A stretch of 64,000 nucleotides of DNA from Defluviicoccus sp. (GTDB taxonomy: Bacteria; Pseudomonadota; Alphaproteobacteria; MPNO01): the NCBI GenBank assembly GCA_022823775.1, contig JAJEHI010000086.1:1309-65308 (forward strand), read 5' to 3'. A program made the position numbers and the translations under genes. Below are positions 9,903 to 19,087 of the stretch, piece after piece; position 1 is the first letter of the stretch; the number at the start of each line of letters is the position of its first letter. The notes under the pieces were generated by a model. That model saw nothing but the letters and a program-made list of their open reading frames with translations. It was not told the origin of the DNA and did not search any database.

Positions 9903-10928
9903 ATGGGGATCAGACGCTTCGGGGCTTGCGCGCTCGCTCTCGCACTCCCCGCCTTCGCCCTTCTCGGGGGCGGCGCGCCGGCGGCGGCGCAGGGCAAACA
10001 CACGATGAAGCTCGCGATCGTGGTCGCGAACGACCCGCTGCATGAGTTCATCAGGGAATACAAGCGCCAGATCGAGATGAAGACGGACGGCAAGATTACC
10101 GCCCAGCTCTTCCCGTCCGCCCAGCTCGGCAAGATTCCGCGTCTTGTCGAGGGGCTGCAACTCGGGACGGTGGAGTTTTTCGGGACCCCGGCGGGCTTCC
10201 TCAAGGGCGTCGACCCGCGCTTCCAGGTGCTCGAGGTTCCGGGCGTCTTCAACAGCGACGAGCACGCCCACAAGACGATCACCGACCCGCGGTTCCGCGA
10301 CAAGTTCCTCAACGTGGCGACGACCAAGGGGGTCAAGGGCGTCAGCATCTGGATGTACGGCCCGACCTCCTACGCCTCGCTTACCCCGGTCCGCAAGCTG
10401 GGCGACTTCAAGGGCCTGAAGTTCCGCGTGCTCGCCACCAAGGTCGAGACCGAGGTGATGGCCCGTCTCGGGGCGACCGGCGTGCCGATGCCCTATTCGG
10501 AGACCCTGCCGGCGCTGCAGCGGAAGCTGATCGACGGGATCCGCTCCAACATCACGGTGATGGCGGCGACCAAGCACTTCACCGAAGCCAAGTTCATCAC
10601 GGTGGTGAACGACACCTACATCCCCTGCATCGGCTTCGTGTCGATGGCGTTCTACAACAAGCTACCGCGAGACCTGCAGCAGGCGGTCGAGGATGCCGGG
10701 AAGGCGGTCGAGAGCTTCATGTTCAAGACCGCGCAGGACTACGGATCGCGCGCCGAGCAGAAATGGCGAGACGGCGGGGCCGAGGTGATCCGCCTGTCGG
10801 CGGACGACCAGAAGAAGTTCATGGAGACGGTAGCGCCGATCGGCGACGATGTCCTCGGGCAGCGAAAGGACACCAAGGAGATGTTCGAGCTGATGAAGGC
10901 GGTCGCCAAGTCGCACGCGGGAGCCTGA
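9903..10928 (+). CDS. TRAP transporter solute-binding protein, DctP family (orphan)
   Basis: Signal peptide (MGIRRFGACALALALPAFALLGGGAPAAAQ) and a DctP-like fold sequence. No dctQ/dctM in the window. Confidence 0.8.
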   Translation: MGIRRFGACALALALPAFALLGGGAPAAAQGKHTMKLAIVVANDPLHEFIREYKRQIEMKTDGKITAQLFPSAQLGKIPRLVEGLQLGTVEFFGTPAGFLKGVDPRFQVLEVPGVFNSDEHAHKTITDPRFRDKFLNVATTKGVKGVSIWMYGPTSYASLTPVRKLGDFKGLKFRVLATKVETEVMARLGATGVPMPYSETLPALQRKLIDGIRSNITVMAATKHFTEAKFITVVNDTYIPCIGFVSMAFYNKLPRDLQQAVEDAGKAVESFMFKTAQDYGSRAEQKWRDGGAEVIRLSADDQKKFMETVAPIGDDVLGQRKDTKEMFELMKAVAKSHAGA

Positions 10929-10990
10929 CAACCGGAAGGGTTCGGGCCGCCGTCCTCACCGCCGGCGGCCCCTCCCTCGGGAGAAGCGCC

Positions 10991-12100
10991 ATGGTGGAAA
11001 GGGCCGACGCGGCGGTCCTGACGGGTCCGCGCACGTTCGAGTTCCGGGAATTCGACCTGCCCGACATCGCGCCCGACGAGGGCGTGCTGCGGGTCGAGGC
11101 GGCGGGGCTCTGCGGCACCGACTACGAGCAGTACACCGGGCACCTAGCCGGCACGCCGTGGGACATCACGCCGATCATCCCGGGGCACGAGATCATGGGC
11201 TGGCTGGACCGGGTGGGTCCCGAGGCCGCCAAACGCTGGGGCGCCAGGGAGGGCGACCGGGTGGTGGTGGAGTCGATCATCCCCTGCGGGCACTGTTTCC
11301 AGTGCGCGATCGGCAAGACGACGCTCTGCGAGAGCAATCTGGGCTACGGGCTCTACGCCTCGACCGAGAAGGCGCCGGGCCTCTGGGGCGGCTATGCGAG
11401 CCACATGTTCCTCCATCCCAACACCCTGGTTCACAAGGTTCCCGGCGACATTCCCCGCGACGTGCTGTCGCTGTTCAACCCGCTCTCAAACGGGGTGCGC
11501 TGGGCCTATGAAGCGCCCAACACCCAGATCGGCGAAACGGTGGTGATCGAGGGCCCCGGCCAGCGGGGCCTTCTCTGCGTGGTCGCGGCCCGGGAAGCCG
11601 GCGCCGGCACGGTCATCGTCACCGGCACCGCGAATGACGCCCACCGGCTCGAACTCGCCAGGCAGCTGGGCGCCGACATCGCGATCGACGTCGACAGCGA
11701 GAACCCGGTCGAACGGGTGATGCAGGCGACCGGCGGCCGGGGCGCCGACGTCGTCGTCGAGGTCTCCGCCGGCGCGACCCAGCCCATCGTCGACGCGGTC
11801 GACATGGTGCGGCGCGGCGGGCGGATCGTTCTCGCCGGACTCAAGAGCTTCAAGCCGGTCGGAAACCTGATCACCGACAAGATCGTGATCAACGAGATCC
11901 AGCTGATCGGCCTCCTTTCGGCCGGCTGGGTCTCGATCGAACGCTCTCTCGACATCCTCAAACGGCGCGGCGGCGAGCTCCAGCCCCTTTGCTCGCATAT
12001 GTTTCCGCTGGAGGAGACCGACACGGCGGTGCGCGCGCTGGGCCGCGAGGTCGACGACGGCAAAGAGGTCGTCCATATCGCGCTGGACGTCGCGGGATAG
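10991..12100 (+). CDS. Zinc-dependent alcohol dehydrogenase (MDR family)
   Basis: Catalytic and structural zinc motifs (GHEIMGW, CGHCFQCAIGKTTLC) and a Rossmann GxGxxG (IEGPGQRG). Confidence 0.85.
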   Translation: MVERADAAVLTGPRTFEFREFDLPDIAPDEGVLRVEAAGLCGTDYEQYTGHLAGTPWDITPIIPGHEIMGWLDRVGPEAAKRWGAREGDRVVVESIIPCGHCFQCAIGKTTLCESNLGYGLYASTEKAPGLWGGYASHMFLHPNTLVHKVPGDIPRDVLSLFNPLSNGVRWAYEAPNTQIGETVVIEGPGQRGLLCVVAAREAGAGTVIVTGTANDAHRLELARQLGADIAIDVDSENPVERVMQATGGRGADVVVEVSAGATQPIVDAVDMVRRGGRIVLAGLKSFKPVGNLITDKIVINEIQLIGLLSAGWVSIERSLDILKRRGGELQPLCSHMFPLEETDTAVRALGREVDDGKEVVHIALDVAG

Positions 12101-12141
12101 CTTCTCTTCTTTTTCACACCCACGCGAACGGAGAAAACCGA

Positions 12142-12984
12142 ATGAGCGCCGATCTGAGCGGAACGTCGATCCTCGTCACCGGTGCCGGCCGGGGCCTGGG
12201 ACGCGAAATGGCGACCGCACTGGCCGAGGCGGGAGCGAGCGTCGCGTTGATGGAGCGGGACCGGCCCGAGCTCGACGAGGCGGCATCCGCGATCGGCGCG
12301 GCCACCGACCCGGGACGCGTGCTCGCCGTCCAGGGCGACGTCACCGGCGCGGACGACGCCGCGCGGGCGGTCGACGAGGTGAATGGCGCCTTCGGCAAGC
12401 TCGACATGCTGGTCAACAACGCCGCGCTCGGGCCGCAGGAGCACTCGCCCACCAACACGGCTCCGCGCCGGCCGATCTGGGAAGCCGACCTCGACCTCTG
12501 GCTCGCGACCGTCGCGGTCAATTCGTCCGGACCCTTCATCATGACCCGGGCCGCGCTCCCTGGCATGCTGGAGCGCGGCTGGGGGCGGATCGTCAACGTG
12601 ACCACCAGCCTCGATACGATGCTCAACCCCGGCCTCGGCCCCTACGGCCCCGCCAAGGCGGCGACGGAGGCGCTGACCTCGATCCTCGCCTTCGAGCTGG
12701 AGGAGACGGGCGTGACCGCCAACGTGCTGGTTCCCGGCGGGCGAGCGAATACGCGAATGATTCCGGCCGACGGGAAATATTCCGACCGCAACTACCTGAT
12801 CCAGCCGGAGGTGATGCGCGCGCCCATCGTCTGGCTGGCCTCGCGCGCCACGGACGAGGTGAACGGCAGGCGCTTCCGCGCGGCTCTCTTCGACCCGGAG
12901 CTGGCGCCCGAGGAAGCCGCCGAGAAGGCCGGCGCCCCGGTGGCGTGGCGGGACCTGATGGGCCAGACGATCCATTACATCTGA
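12142..12984 (+). CDS. SDR-family oxidoreductase
   Basis: TGAGRGLGRE cofactor motif, NNAA, and YxxxK catalytic region (YGPAK). GGAGAAAACC RBS upstream. Confidence 0.85.
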   Translation: MSADLSGTSILVTGAGRGLGREMATALAEAGASVALMERDRPELDEAASAIGAATDPGRVLAVQGDVTGADDAARAVDEVNGAFGKLDMLVNNAALGPQEHSPTNTAPRRPIWEADLDLWLATVAVNSSGPFIMTRAALPGMLERGWGRIVNVTTSLDTMLNPGLGPYGPAKAATEALTSILAFELEETGVTANVLVPGGRANTRMIPADGKYSDRNYLIQPEVMRAPIVWLASRATDEVNGRRFRAALFDPELAPEEAAEKAGAPVAWRDLMGQTIHYI

Positions 12985-12988
12985 CGCG

Positions 12989-14134
12989 GTGTGTACGGGC
13001 GTCGTGCGTATCCCGACCACCCATGTCGGCAGCCTGCCCCGGCCGGATGCGCTGGCCGCCCTCCTGTTCGCGAAGGAGCACGGCGAAGAATACGACAGGG
13101 ACGCGCTCGACCGCCTGACCGACGAGGCTGTCCGCGACGCGGTCGCGGACCAGCGCGCCATCGGGCTCGACATCGTCAATGACGGCGAGGTCGGACGTAC
13201 CGGCTACGCGACCTACATCCAGGACCGGCTTTCCGGTTTCTCGGGCGAGAGCCCGTCCCTGCGCTTCGACGACCTCGGCGACTTCCCCGATTACCGCCGC
13301 CAGATGGGCCGGGCGGCGGGCACGCGGCGGCTCCACCGTCCCCGCTGCACCGGCCCGGTCGCGCTCCGCGACCGCGCTCCGCTCGCGCGCGAGATCGAAC
13401 GGCTGACGGCGGCGCTCGACGAGGCCGGCGCCGCCGAGGGTTTCATGAACGCCGCCTCGCCCGGGGTAATCGCGGTCTTCCAGGCGAACGACTTCTACCC
13501 CGACATGGACACCTATCTCGGGGCGCTCGCCGACGCGATGAGGCCGGAATACGAGGCCATCGTCGAGGCCGGGCTGATCCTTCAGATCGATTGTCCGGAC
13601 CTCGCGATGGGGCGGCATGTGATTTACAGCGCGGACGACGACGCGGCGTTCCTGCGGCGCGCGGCAATACAGGTCGAGGTGATGAATGCCGCGCTTGAGA
13701 ACGTACCCGCCGAGCGCTCCCGCCTTCACATCTGTTGGGGCAATTACGAGGGGCCGCATCACCGCGACATTCCTTTGGAAACGATCGCCGAGACGGTGCT
13801 CGCCGCCAGGCCGCAGGGTCTCCTGTTCGAGGCCGCCAACCCGCGCCACGCTCACGAGTGGACCGTGTTCCGCGATCGTGGCGGCTGGAACGACAAAATT
13901 CTGATCCCCGGCGTCGTCGATTCGACGACCAACTATGTCGAGCACCCGGAACTCGTCGCGGAACGGATCGGCCGGTTTGTCGACATCGCCGGACGCGAAC
14001 GCGTCATCGCCGGGACCGATTGCGGCTTTGCGACATTCGCCGGCATCGGAAAAGTCGACCCCGCGATAGCCCGGCTGAAGCTGAGGGCGCTCGTCGAAGG
14101 GGCCGGGATCGCAAGCCGCCGACTCTCCTCCTGA
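12989..14134 (+). CDS. Cobalamin-independent methionine synthase C-terminal-domain-like (MetE/UroD-fold) methyltransferase family protein
   Basis: N-terminus IPTTHVGSLPRP and a CxxH/GxDC region (IAGTDCGFA) typical of MetE C-terminal-like proteins. GTG start. Confidence 0.65.
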   Translation: MCTGVVRIPTTHVGSLPRPDALAALLFAKEHGEEYDRDALDRLTDEAVRDAVADQRAIGLDIVNDGEVGRTGYATYIQDRLSGFSGESPSLRFDDLGDFPDYRRQMGRAAGTRRLHRPRCTGPVALRDRAPLAREIERLTAALDEAGAAEGFMNAASPGVIAVFQANDFYPDMDTYLGALADAMRPEYEAIVEAGLILQIDCPDLAMGRHVIYSADDDAAFLRRAAIQVEVMNAALENVPAERSRLHICWGNYEGPHHRDIPLETIAETVLAARPQGLLFEAANPRHAHEWTVFRDRGGWNDKILIPGVVDSTTNYVEHPELVAERIGRFVDIAGRERVIAGTDCGFATFAGIGKVDPAIARLKLRALVEGAGIASRRLSS

Positions 14135-14353
14135 TTTCGTACCGCCGGCGCGCACGGGATCCGATGCTCCGTGAGCCTCGCCCTCTCGACCGGATTTTCG
14201 GGTGGCGGACTCGCTCCATACTTGACCCGGTTAAGTTGATCGCTAATCTGATATGGCCCTCCGGCGCGCTGCCGAGAGCGGGCCCCATCAGGGGTCTTGC
14301 GGAACGTCGATACCGTGGGACCCTCTTGTTCGACCATACTGGAGAATGACCTC

Positions 14354-14578
14354 ATGGCATCCACCGAAGACCAACTCAGGCAGATCATCACCGAGAATCT
14401 CGACATCGGCCGCGAACCCCGCTTCGACACCAAGCTCGTCGACTCCGGCGTGTCTTCGGTGGACTGCATCGCCTTTTTCAAGATTGTGAACGAGCAGTTC
14501 GGCCTGGGGCTGGTCGCCGAGGAGTGCCGGCAGTTCGAGACGCTGACCGATCTGGTCAAGTTCATCGACAGCAAGTAA
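14354..14578 (+). CDS. Standalone acyl/peptidyl carrier protein
   Basis: 74-aa product with a DSGVSSVD phosphopantetheine-attachment-type motif. GGAG RBS 9 nt upstream of the ATG. Confidence 0.65.
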   Translation: MASTEDQLRQIITENLDIGREPRFDTKLVDSGVSSVDCIAFFKIVNEQFGLGLVAEECRQFETLTDLVKFIDSK

Positions 14579-14698
14579 GCCTGTACGGACGGCCGAAGGG
14601 AATTCGGGCTCCGTCAGCTTTCGACACCGCAACCGTTCCCGCGGTGCCTGCGCGCGCCGGGGTGCTGTCGCGCTGCCTCCGGTCGATACGGACGCGCG

Positions 14699-16378
14699 TC
14701 AGCTCCCGGCGGCGTCGGGATCGACGCCGTAGTCGCGGCGGGCGCCTTCGGGAGTCACGTACCCTTCCTCAAGGTCGCGGACGATTCTGTCGGGCGACCG
14801 CTCGGACGGATCGCCATAGCCGCCTCCGCCCGCGCCTTGGACGCTGAACGCCGTGCCGGCGTCGAGGCTTAGCCGGCAGGAGGACGGCATGACCTCTTCC
14901 CGGTCGGTGCCGGGGTGGAGGACGAAACGGCTCGGCCCGCCCGGTTTGCCGCCGCGCAGTCCCGCCGGCGGCACCGCGGCGCGGTCGGAACGATAGACGA
15001 CCTGCGCCGGCTCCAGCATCTCGTAGACCCGGCGGAAATTGAGACCGCCGCGGAACTCCCCTGCCCCGCCGCTGTCGGGGTTGAGTTCGAAACGCCGGAT
15101 CCGGCAGGGGAACTCGGATTCGACGATCTCCACCGGCGCGGCGTATAGGTTGGCGAGGTGAACGGTCACCCCGGAAGCGCCGTCCGCCCCCTCCCCCGCG
15201 CCGTAGGCCGAGCCGAAGATCTCGTACTGGTTGCCGCGGCCGGGACGGTTGCCGCCGGGACGCGCGACGACGATGCTGCCGCCGCTGCCGCCGGAGTGGG
15301 CGATCGACCGGCCGGGCAGCAGCGGGTCGAGCGCCTCCAGGATCACGTCTACCAGCTTCTGGCAGGTCTTCATGTAGCTCGAACAGGGCGCCGGCGGCTC
15401 GGCGCTCAACACGCTCCGCTCGGCGAACCTGAACGAGACCAGGCGGCGCGCGCCGTCGCCGTAGCGGAGCGTCGGATCGAGCAGCCCGATCAGGCAGTAC
15501 CAGACGCACCCTTCCACCATGGCGATGCGGAGATTGGCCGGCCCCTTCGTCTGGGGATCGCATCCCGCGAAGTCGAATTCGAGCGTCCCCTCCGACACCC
15601 TTACCCGGACGTGGATGCGGACGGGCCTAGTATCGTCCACCCCGTCGTGGTCGAGGAATCCTTCCGCCTCTCCGACGCCGTCCGGGATCGATGCAAGGGC
15701 GGCGCGGAACTCTTCGGTCGATAAGTCGATCATCGCTTCCATCGCCTCGACCACCGTGTCGGTACCGTAGCGCGCGCACATCGCGTGCACGTGCTCGCGT
15801 CCGATTCGCGTGACGCCGATCTGTCCGGAAATATCGCCCAGCACGACGTAGGGCGCCCGCGTGTTGGCGGCGATCAGCCGCATCATGTCCTCGTCCGGCT
15901 CGCCGGCGTCGTGGATGCGGACCGGGGGCAGCAGCATCCCCTCGTGATAGAGCTCGGTGGCCTGGCCGTAGGTCGAGCCCGGGACCGTCCCGCCCACGTC
16001 CGCCTTGTGAGCGATCGTGGCGGCGAAGGCGACCAGCCTGCCGTCATGCACGACAGGCGCCACGAAGCCCATGTCCGAGGCGTGCGGCATGTTCCCCTCA
16101 TAGGGGTGGTTGGTGACGAACACGTCGCCTTCGCGCAGGTTCTCCGCCCCGTAAAGCGCGAGGATGCGCTGCACCAGGTGGAAATAGACCGGTCCGTGGA
16201 AGAACATCCACGGCGCCGCCAGCAGCCGCCCTTCGGCGTCGACGACGATGCAGCTGAAGTCGCGCGACTCCCGGACGATGGTCGAATAGCCCGACCGGAA
16301 GAAGTGGTAGTCCATCTGCTGCATCACGCTCGCGATGCGGTTCCGCAGCAGTGCCACCGTGATCGGATCGACGCTCAT
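14699..16378 (-). CDS. hyuB: Hydantoinase B / oxoprolinase family protein
   Basis: 560-aa product from the internal Met MSVDPITVALLRNR..., typical HyuB N-terminus. ATGA overlap with hyuA. The upstream extension of the ORF is Arg-rich junk. Confidence 0.85.
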   Translation of the reverse strand: MSVDPITVALLRNRIASVMQQMDYHFFRSGYSTIVRESRDFSCIVVDAEGRLLAAPWMFFHGPVYFHLVQRILALYGAENLREGDVFVTNHPYEGNMPHASDMGFVAPVVHDGRLVAFAATIAHKADVGGTVPGSTYGQATELYHEGMLLPPVRIHDAGEPDEDMMRLIAANTRAPYVVLGDISGQIGVTRIGREHVHAMCARYGTDTVVEAMEAMIDLSTEEFRAALASIPDGVGEAEGFLDHDGVDDTRPVRIHVRVRVSEGTLEFDFAGCDPQTKGPANLRIAMVEGCVWYCLIGLLDPTLRYGDGARRLVSFRFAERSVLSAEPPAPCSSYMKTCQKLVDVILEALDPLLPGRSIAHSGGSGGSIVVARPGGNRPGRGNQYEIFGSAYGAGEGADGASGVTVHLANLYAAPVEIVESEFPCRIRRFELNPDSGGAGEFRGGLNFRRVYEMLEPAQVVYRSDRAAVPPAGLRGGKPGGPSRFVLHPGTDREEVMPSSCRLSLDAGTAFSVQGAGGGGYGDPSERSPDRIVRDLEEGYVTPEGARRDYGVDPDAAGS

Positions 16379-18441
16379 CGAGCGTCCAGGACGATGTTGC
16401 CGAACCCGTCGCCATGCGCCGACCAGCCGGGCGGCACCACGGTCGTGGCATCGACCTGTTCGACGATCAGCGGGCCCATCGTCGGGTCCTCGCCGATATC
16501 CGCGCGGCAATGGACCGGCGCCTCCAACCGGGTCCGTCCGTCGAAGGTCACGCTCCGGGCGGTTCCGGGTCCCGCCTCGGACGCGGCGGCCACGCCGTTC
16601 TCGACGAGCTCCGGCCTCGGCATCGGCATCCGGACGCGGAGCCGGAAGCTTACCGCCTCGACGGTCGAGTCCGGTGCCGAATGGCCGTGCAGGCGAAGGT
16701 GGAGCGCGTGGAACCGCTCCTCCACCTGGGCGAGTCCCTTTTCGGCGACCGGGCGCCAATCGAGACCGTGGAGCGGGGTGCGGATCTCGTAACCCTGCCC
16801 GGCATAGCGGAGGTCCAGCTCGCGGACGAATTGCCGCTCGCTCCCGCCCAGACCCTCCTCGGACAGTTCCCGTTCCGCCCGCTCCTCCAGCGCGCGGAAC
16901 AGGCTTTCGGCGCGTTCCGGACTCAACGCCCCGAGCTCGACGATTTCGGATCGGATATAGTCATGGACGACATCCGAGCACAGCAGGCCGAGCGCGGAGA
17001 ACGCACCCGGTCGCGGCGGCACCAGCACGCGCCGGATGCCGAGCTCTTCCGCCACCATCGCCGCGTGGACCGGTCCCGCGCCGCCGAACGCAACCAGGCT
17101 CGCGGCGGCGAGGTCGACGACTTTCCTCGCCGCCTGGACCCGGATTTCGTCGGCCATCCGCGCGTTGATCAGCCGCACGATTCCGGACGCGGCCTCGCGC
17201 GTCGACAGCCCCATCGGCCGCGCGATGCGGGTCTCGATGGCCCTCCCGGCCGCTTCCGCGTCGAGCGCGGTCGCCCCGCCGAGCAGGAATTCCGGGTTGA
17301 GGAAACCCGATACCAGGTCGGCATCGGTCACCGTCGGGCGGTCGCCGCCCAGCCCGTAGCAGACCGGCCCGGGCTCGGCGCCGGCGCTGTCCGGCCCGAC
17401 CGTGAGAAGATTGGCGGCGTTGACCCGGGCGACAGTGCCGCCGCCCGCCGAGATGGTGGCGATGTCGAGGGCGGGCACGTCGAGCTTGCGCTCGCCGACG
17501 GTCCCTTCGGTGACCTCCAGCGGAACGCCGTCCTCGATGAAGGCGATGTCGCAGCTCGTGCCGCCCATGTCCATGGCGATCAGCCGCGGCCGTCCTTGAC
17601 GTTCGCCCAGCACGTGGCCGCAAGCCCGAACCCCAGCGGCGGGTCCGGAGAGCAGCGTGTGCACCGTCCGGCCCCGACCGTGCGCGGCCGAAAGCGGCAT
17701 TACGCCGCCGTTCGACTGCATCAGGAAGCGTCTCGGCGTGCCGATGCCGCGCGCATCGAGGCCGACGTCCAAATCCCCTACATAGCGCGCCAGCACCGGC
17801 CCCAGATAAGCGTCGATCAGGCAGGCCGACAGCCTGGGCCACTCGCGGATCCGCGGCAGGACCTCCGAGGACAGCGACACGTGGGAATCCGGTACGGCGC
17901 GGCGCACGATCTCCCCCGCGCGGCGCTCGTGCGCGGGGTTCATGAACGAGAACAGGAAGCAGACGGCGAACGCCTCCACGCCCTTCCGGGACAGCTCCCG
18001 CGCGGCGCGCTCGACCGCATCCTCGTCGAGCGGCTCGATCTCGCGGCCGCGATAGTCGATGCGCCCGCCGATTTCCTCTGTCCGGCTTTGCGGAACCAGC
18101 GGTGCGGCGCGGCGGAACTTGAGGTCGAACTGGTTGGTCTCGCGCGCGCCCGTCTGCACTTCCTGGATCGCGCGGAAGCCTTCGTTGATCAGCAAACCGG
18201 CGCGCGCACCCTTCATTTCTAGCAGCGCGTTGGTCGTCACCGTGGTGCCATGGCCGAAGAAACCGATGTCTCCAGGCGCGATTCCGGAGTCGACGAGCCG
18301 GCCGATTCCCTCAAGGACGGCGATGGACGGGTTGCCGGGCGTGCTCGGCACCTTTTCCACGCGCACTCCGCCCGACCCGTCGACGAGGACGAGGTCGGTA
18401 TGAGTGCCGCCCACGTCCACACCCAGGCGGTACTCGTTCAA
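16375..18441 (-). CDS. hyuA: Hydantoinase A / oxoprolinase family protein
   Basis: MNEYRLGVDVGGTHTDLVLV... ASKHA-fold N-terminus. 688 aa. Confidence 0.85.
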   Translation of the reverse strand: MNEYRLGVDVGGTHTDLVLVDGSGGVRVEKVPSTPGNPSIAVLEGIGRLVDSGIAPGDIGFFGHGTTVTTNALLEMKGARAGLLINEGFRAIQEVQTGARETNQFDLKFRRAAPLVPQSRTEEIGGRIDYRGREIEPLDEDAVERAARELSRKGVEAFAVCFLFSFMNPAHERRAGEIVRRAVPDSHVSLSSEVLPRIREWPRLSACLIDAYLGPVLARYVGDLDVGLDARGIGTPRRFLMQSNGGVMPLSAAHGRGRTVHTLLSGPAAGVRACGHVLGERQGRPRLIAMDMGGTSCDIAFIEDGVPLEVTEGTVGERKLDVPALDIATISAGGGTVARVNAANLLTVGPDSAGAEPGPVCYGLGGDRPTVTDADLVSGFLNPEFLLGGATALDAEAAGRAIETRIARPMGLSTREAASGIVRLINARMADEIRVQAARKVVDLAAASLVAFGGAGPVHAAMVAEELGIRRVLVPPRPGAFSALGLLCSDVVHDYIRSEIVELGALSPERAESLFRALEERAERELSEEGLGGSERQFVRELDLRYAGQGYEIRTPLHGLDWRPVAEKGLAQVEERFHALHLRLHGHSAPDSTVEAVSFRLRVRMPMPRPELVENGVAAASEAGPGTARSVTFDGRTRLEAPVHCRADIGEDPTMGPLIVEQVDATTVVPPGWSAHGDGFGNIVLDAR

Positions 18442-18563
18442 CCGCGGGGGACCCCCGCCCCGGCCGCTGCGCGGAAGCGGCGTGGACGCCGTCCGGCGGG
18501 TCTGATAGCGTGCGCTCGACCGTGCGGGAACCGCATGGGCAACAGGCCGCCGGAGTTCACATT

Positions 18564-18899
18564 ATGGATGCGGGCCCGATCATGATGGCCGGCGTGTTCG
18601 TCGCGCTGGCCGCGCTGATCGTAACCATGATCGGATCGCTGCGCCGGGACATCGACAAACGGTTCGACGGCGTGGACAAACTTTTCGACGGCGTGGACAA
18701 ACGGTTCGACGGCGTGGACAAGCGGTTCGACGGTATCGACAAACGTCTCGACGGTATCGACTCTCGCCTCGACGGCATCGACTCTCGCCTCCGCTCCGTC
18801 GAACAGGGTCTGGCCGAGGCAAAGGGAAAGCTGACCTTCGTGGAGAGCTATATCCTCGGCCGCAACGAACCGGAACCCGGAGAGGCGCCGGCCGAGTAG
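18564..18899 (+). CDS. Small N-terminally membrane-anchored protein composed of seven heptad (DKRFDGV-type) repeats
   Basis: ATG with a following hydrophobic helix (PIMMAGVFVALAALIVTMIG), then seven perfect in-frame 7-aa repeats encoded by 21-bp tandem DNA repeats. High-GC codon usage is consistent with coding. Confidence 0.5.
   Translation: MDAGPIMMAGVFVALAALIVTMIGSLRRDIDKRFDGVDKLFDGVDKRFDGVDKRFDGIDKRLDGIDSRLDGIDSRLRSVEQGLAEAKGKLTFVESYILGRNEPEPGEAPAE
18654..18800 (+). repeat. 7 x 21-bp tandem direct repeat (consensus gacaaacggttcgacggcgtg) inside the small ORF
   Basis: Read directly from the sequence: units at 18654, 18675, 18696, 18717, 18738, 18759 and 18780, with the last two diverged (gactctcgcctcgacggcatc). 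Confidence 0.9.
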
Positions 18900-19087
18900 C
18901 AGCGGACGGATCCATCGCCGCCGGGTCGAAGGACCGCCTCCGGTCCGTCCCAACCCGACATTTCGACCGAGCGGCCGAGCCCAAAAATGCCCCGGTCGGG
19001 GCACCGCGGAACCGTGCGCCACGGATATCTCCCCTTCGGCAAGCTCGGCGGAGGCTGCCCGAGGACTCGCGCGCGTGGGGCGCCGCG

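Noticed and set aside
16414-18222. 602-aa plus-strand ORF antisense to hyuA, and similar long antisense ORFs at 19256-21433 and 32034-34067.
   Set aside because: These are antisense to strongly supported genes (hyuA, the Mo-hydroxylase large subunit and hppA). There is no recognisable protein family.
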